Shown here piece after piece: positions 36,438 through 38,838 of a stretch of 38,838 bases of DNA. Positions within the stretch are counted from its first letter, which is position 1. Each line of letters opens with the position of its first letter. The stretch comes from Phoronis australis (lineage: Eukaryota; Animalia; Phoronida): assembly GCA_002633005.1 (NCBI GenBank), contig NMRA01000593.1:144280-183117 (forward strand), in the 5' to 3' direction. The position numbers were made by a program, and so were the translations under genes. The notes beneath the pieces were generated by a model. That model made no database searches. It was not told the DNA's origin and saw nothing but the letters and a program-made list of their open reading frames with translations.

Positions 36438-38640
36438 CTATGCCGAGTATGGTCTCAAATAATTACGCAATGCAAGTTCATTGCAAACCCAAAATTTACT
36501 TCTCATCTAAGCAAGAAACAAGTTGAGACCAATTTAATATAATGCCCAAAAGCTCTCTTCTTATAATCGCTTCAAACCCAACAGACATACATTGACTTCG
36601 GAACCTTTTACATAGCACCGTAGCAAAGTGGATCCTTTTGCACACCGCCTAGCTCATAACCCTAGCAAAGAATGTAGACTCCGCCAAAAAAAAAACACTT
36701 TCGCAGGGGACTGGTAAAACCAAATTATTTATGAGTTTTGTTTTTTGCGAACAAACATTCTATTGTAATATCGATGTCATTTACCGTACAGCCAAAGGCT
36801 GACGACAGTTGGACAAATGTAAAAAATCTTCATGATGCGTTTTACTAGTGCGGGCTCTCAAGTTTACGAGGCCTTTTCTATTTTATGCGTTACTGGTGCT
36901 CTCAAGTTTTGACAGTGAATTCATCGATTGTATTTTGAGTGAAAAACTATTTATTTATATAAGAACTTAACTCTTTAAAATGCTGACATATCGGATACTA
37001 AGCCAGTAAATGATAAATGATTTCCTAACATTTAACAAAAATACGAGGTACTGAGAAATGGTCTCAACTGACAGACAGACAGAATCGGTTTGAAACTTCC
37101 TGTTTTGGCGCTTCGTGAAAAGTGTGGTTCTCATGTCTGAAATGCGAAGGATTAGTAAATAATGGGAACTAATTCTGACCGAAATGTTCACACGGTCAGA
37201 TTTCAGTCCAGTTCAGTCAGATAGAGCAGTTTCGTCGTTTTTTCACATTGCATTGTTTTTTGGTTGTGAAATAATAACACACAGTTCACTGTCACTGATT
37301 ACTTTCATTGGCAGTTTGAACAGAGGTCACATGTATAGAACACTTATGATAGTTGCTCAGATGTACTAGAAAACTTGACGCGACGAATCACGCGCCGACC
37401 GGAGATAAATACATGTATAACTGTACTGCCCAGTCGATTGTACGTGCGGGCGCCCACTGTACCTAGTGGTCGGTCTCGCAACTATTACTTATTCCAGATA
37501 AGTAAGTAAATGTACATTTTCCTACCTTTGTCTCTAATAATACAACTTTGTCCCTTTTGTATGCGCCGTTCCTTTGTTCGAACCAATTAGATTCCTCTGT
37601 GGAATTATTGATTTTTCGTGAGGCGCTAAACGGTAAACTACGTGGTATGGCGATTGCCAACGACTATCCATGGGTCCGGCGATGGGGGAGCGGGCCGAGA
37701 GACGTTTGGACAACACGATGTGTATTTCATGGTCTCGGGTATCGCCTCGGGTGGACACTTTGGATGGCTCAAGAATATGCGATGGTGCGGTCCGGAACAT
37801 TGGGTTGTGCGCGGTAGGCCTATCAAATAAGTTATCGCTTGGACTGGATTTTGAATGCCGCGGTACCTCGTTCCGACATTTTTTGTGGAAAAGAGTCCGT
37901 CATACTCCAGGTCTGATGCATGATACTTGACGTCTCAGAACAACTGCATTACACACCATGACAACAGAGATCTTGATTTCTACCAAGAGAGAAATCTGCC
38001 CAATTTGTGATGTTGACATGTTAAGGATACGTCTGTTCCACCGGCTCATTGTCACCTCGTGCTTTGAGAACGGAAATAGTATGCTGGAAAGTAGACTTGA
38101 TCTCAGATGTTTATAATTGTGTCGTCAGTACTACGGTACCTTGTTACAGTGGCGCCTAAAGTGTAGTCCTGACTCACTACGAGTTATACAAGAGCAAGTT
38201 ACTCTTGCGACGAGCTCTTTAACTTTGGTTTTAACAGTGTGTACGTGGACGCCACTATGCCTGGGCAACTGAACTTGACACGCGCGTGGCAAAATTTACC
38301 GGTCCTCTCGCCCTACGCTTCCGAAGTCGGAACCCTCTCGCCGTGCGGGCCTACGCGAATCCTGGCATTTCAGTGGGTAAAGACGTCTCATGCACCAAGA
38401 ACCATGATTTCCAATCTCTCGGAAACAGGGATCGAGTGTGAGATTTTAGCTAATTCCTGGCTTCGTTCAAGATTGACGCCAATACTGAGGGACAGAACGA
38501 GGATGGCTCAACTGAAGTCGACCCTAAACTTAGTCATCTTGAGTAAAATCGTGACGTCACAATATATAGGCGCCCCCCCCCCTTGGCTGCCGCAAAAAAT
38601 AAAACAGCAAGAGCGTAGGGAAATAAATGTTGAGTTTAAT

Positions 38641-38747
38641 AATTAACCTCGGTAATTAACATTATACGGATGAAACAATATTTGGGGGGACGGGGGGAAT
38701 TAACCTTGGTAATTAACATTATACGGATGGAACAATATTTGGGGGGG
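38641..38747. repeat. Two-copy 57-bp-period direct repeat
   Basis: aattaaccYYggtaattaacattatacggatgRaacaatatttgggggg starting at 38641 and 38698. Confidence 0.85.
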
Positions 38748-38838
38748 CTAACGGATTTGGTCCTTTGGGCAATTGAAGACTATTTTAAATACAACAAATT
38801 TGTTACGAACTGATTGCACAAAATATAAAAAGTGTAAT

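Noticed and set aside
37548-37930. GC-rich patch with ORFs in several frames and a possible GCG|gtaggc donor
   Set aside because: No frame resembles a known protein; exon status cannot be supported without RNA data

Overview
Eukaryotic, intron-rich, AT-rich genomic DNA that looks like a draft assembly of a heterozygous invertebrate animal; the species cannot be determined here. Two protein-coding genes point towards each other. On the + strand are the last two exons of SNRPG (Sm protein G, 1554-2347). On the - strand is a complete 9-exon PP2A B55 regulatory-subunit gene (PPP2R2/twins ortholog, ATG 21726 to stop 8674, 438-452 aa). The B55 gene has a clear GT-AG U12-type minor intron (11415-12534). 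It also has a probable second, upstream first exon (23004-23103) whose peptide resembles, from memory, the long N-terminus of Drosophila Twins. Exon 4 has tandem in-frame acceptors, and there is a candidate 54-nt cassette exon derived by duplication of the exon 8 start. SNRPG carries a degenerate duplicate of its last splice acceptor. Two tandem duplications joined by a single N (5984-9785, including the B55 last exon; 35146-36392) are probably uncollapsed haplotypes. The rest is introns and intergenic DNA with hAT-like MITEs showing 5- and 6-bp TSDs, a 16-bp minisatellite, two perfect 15-bp hairpins, a 777-nt gap and a possible promoter/first exon of a further + strand gene near 31.2-32.4 kb. 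No prokaryotic-type system, tRNA, rRNA or CRISPR array is supported.
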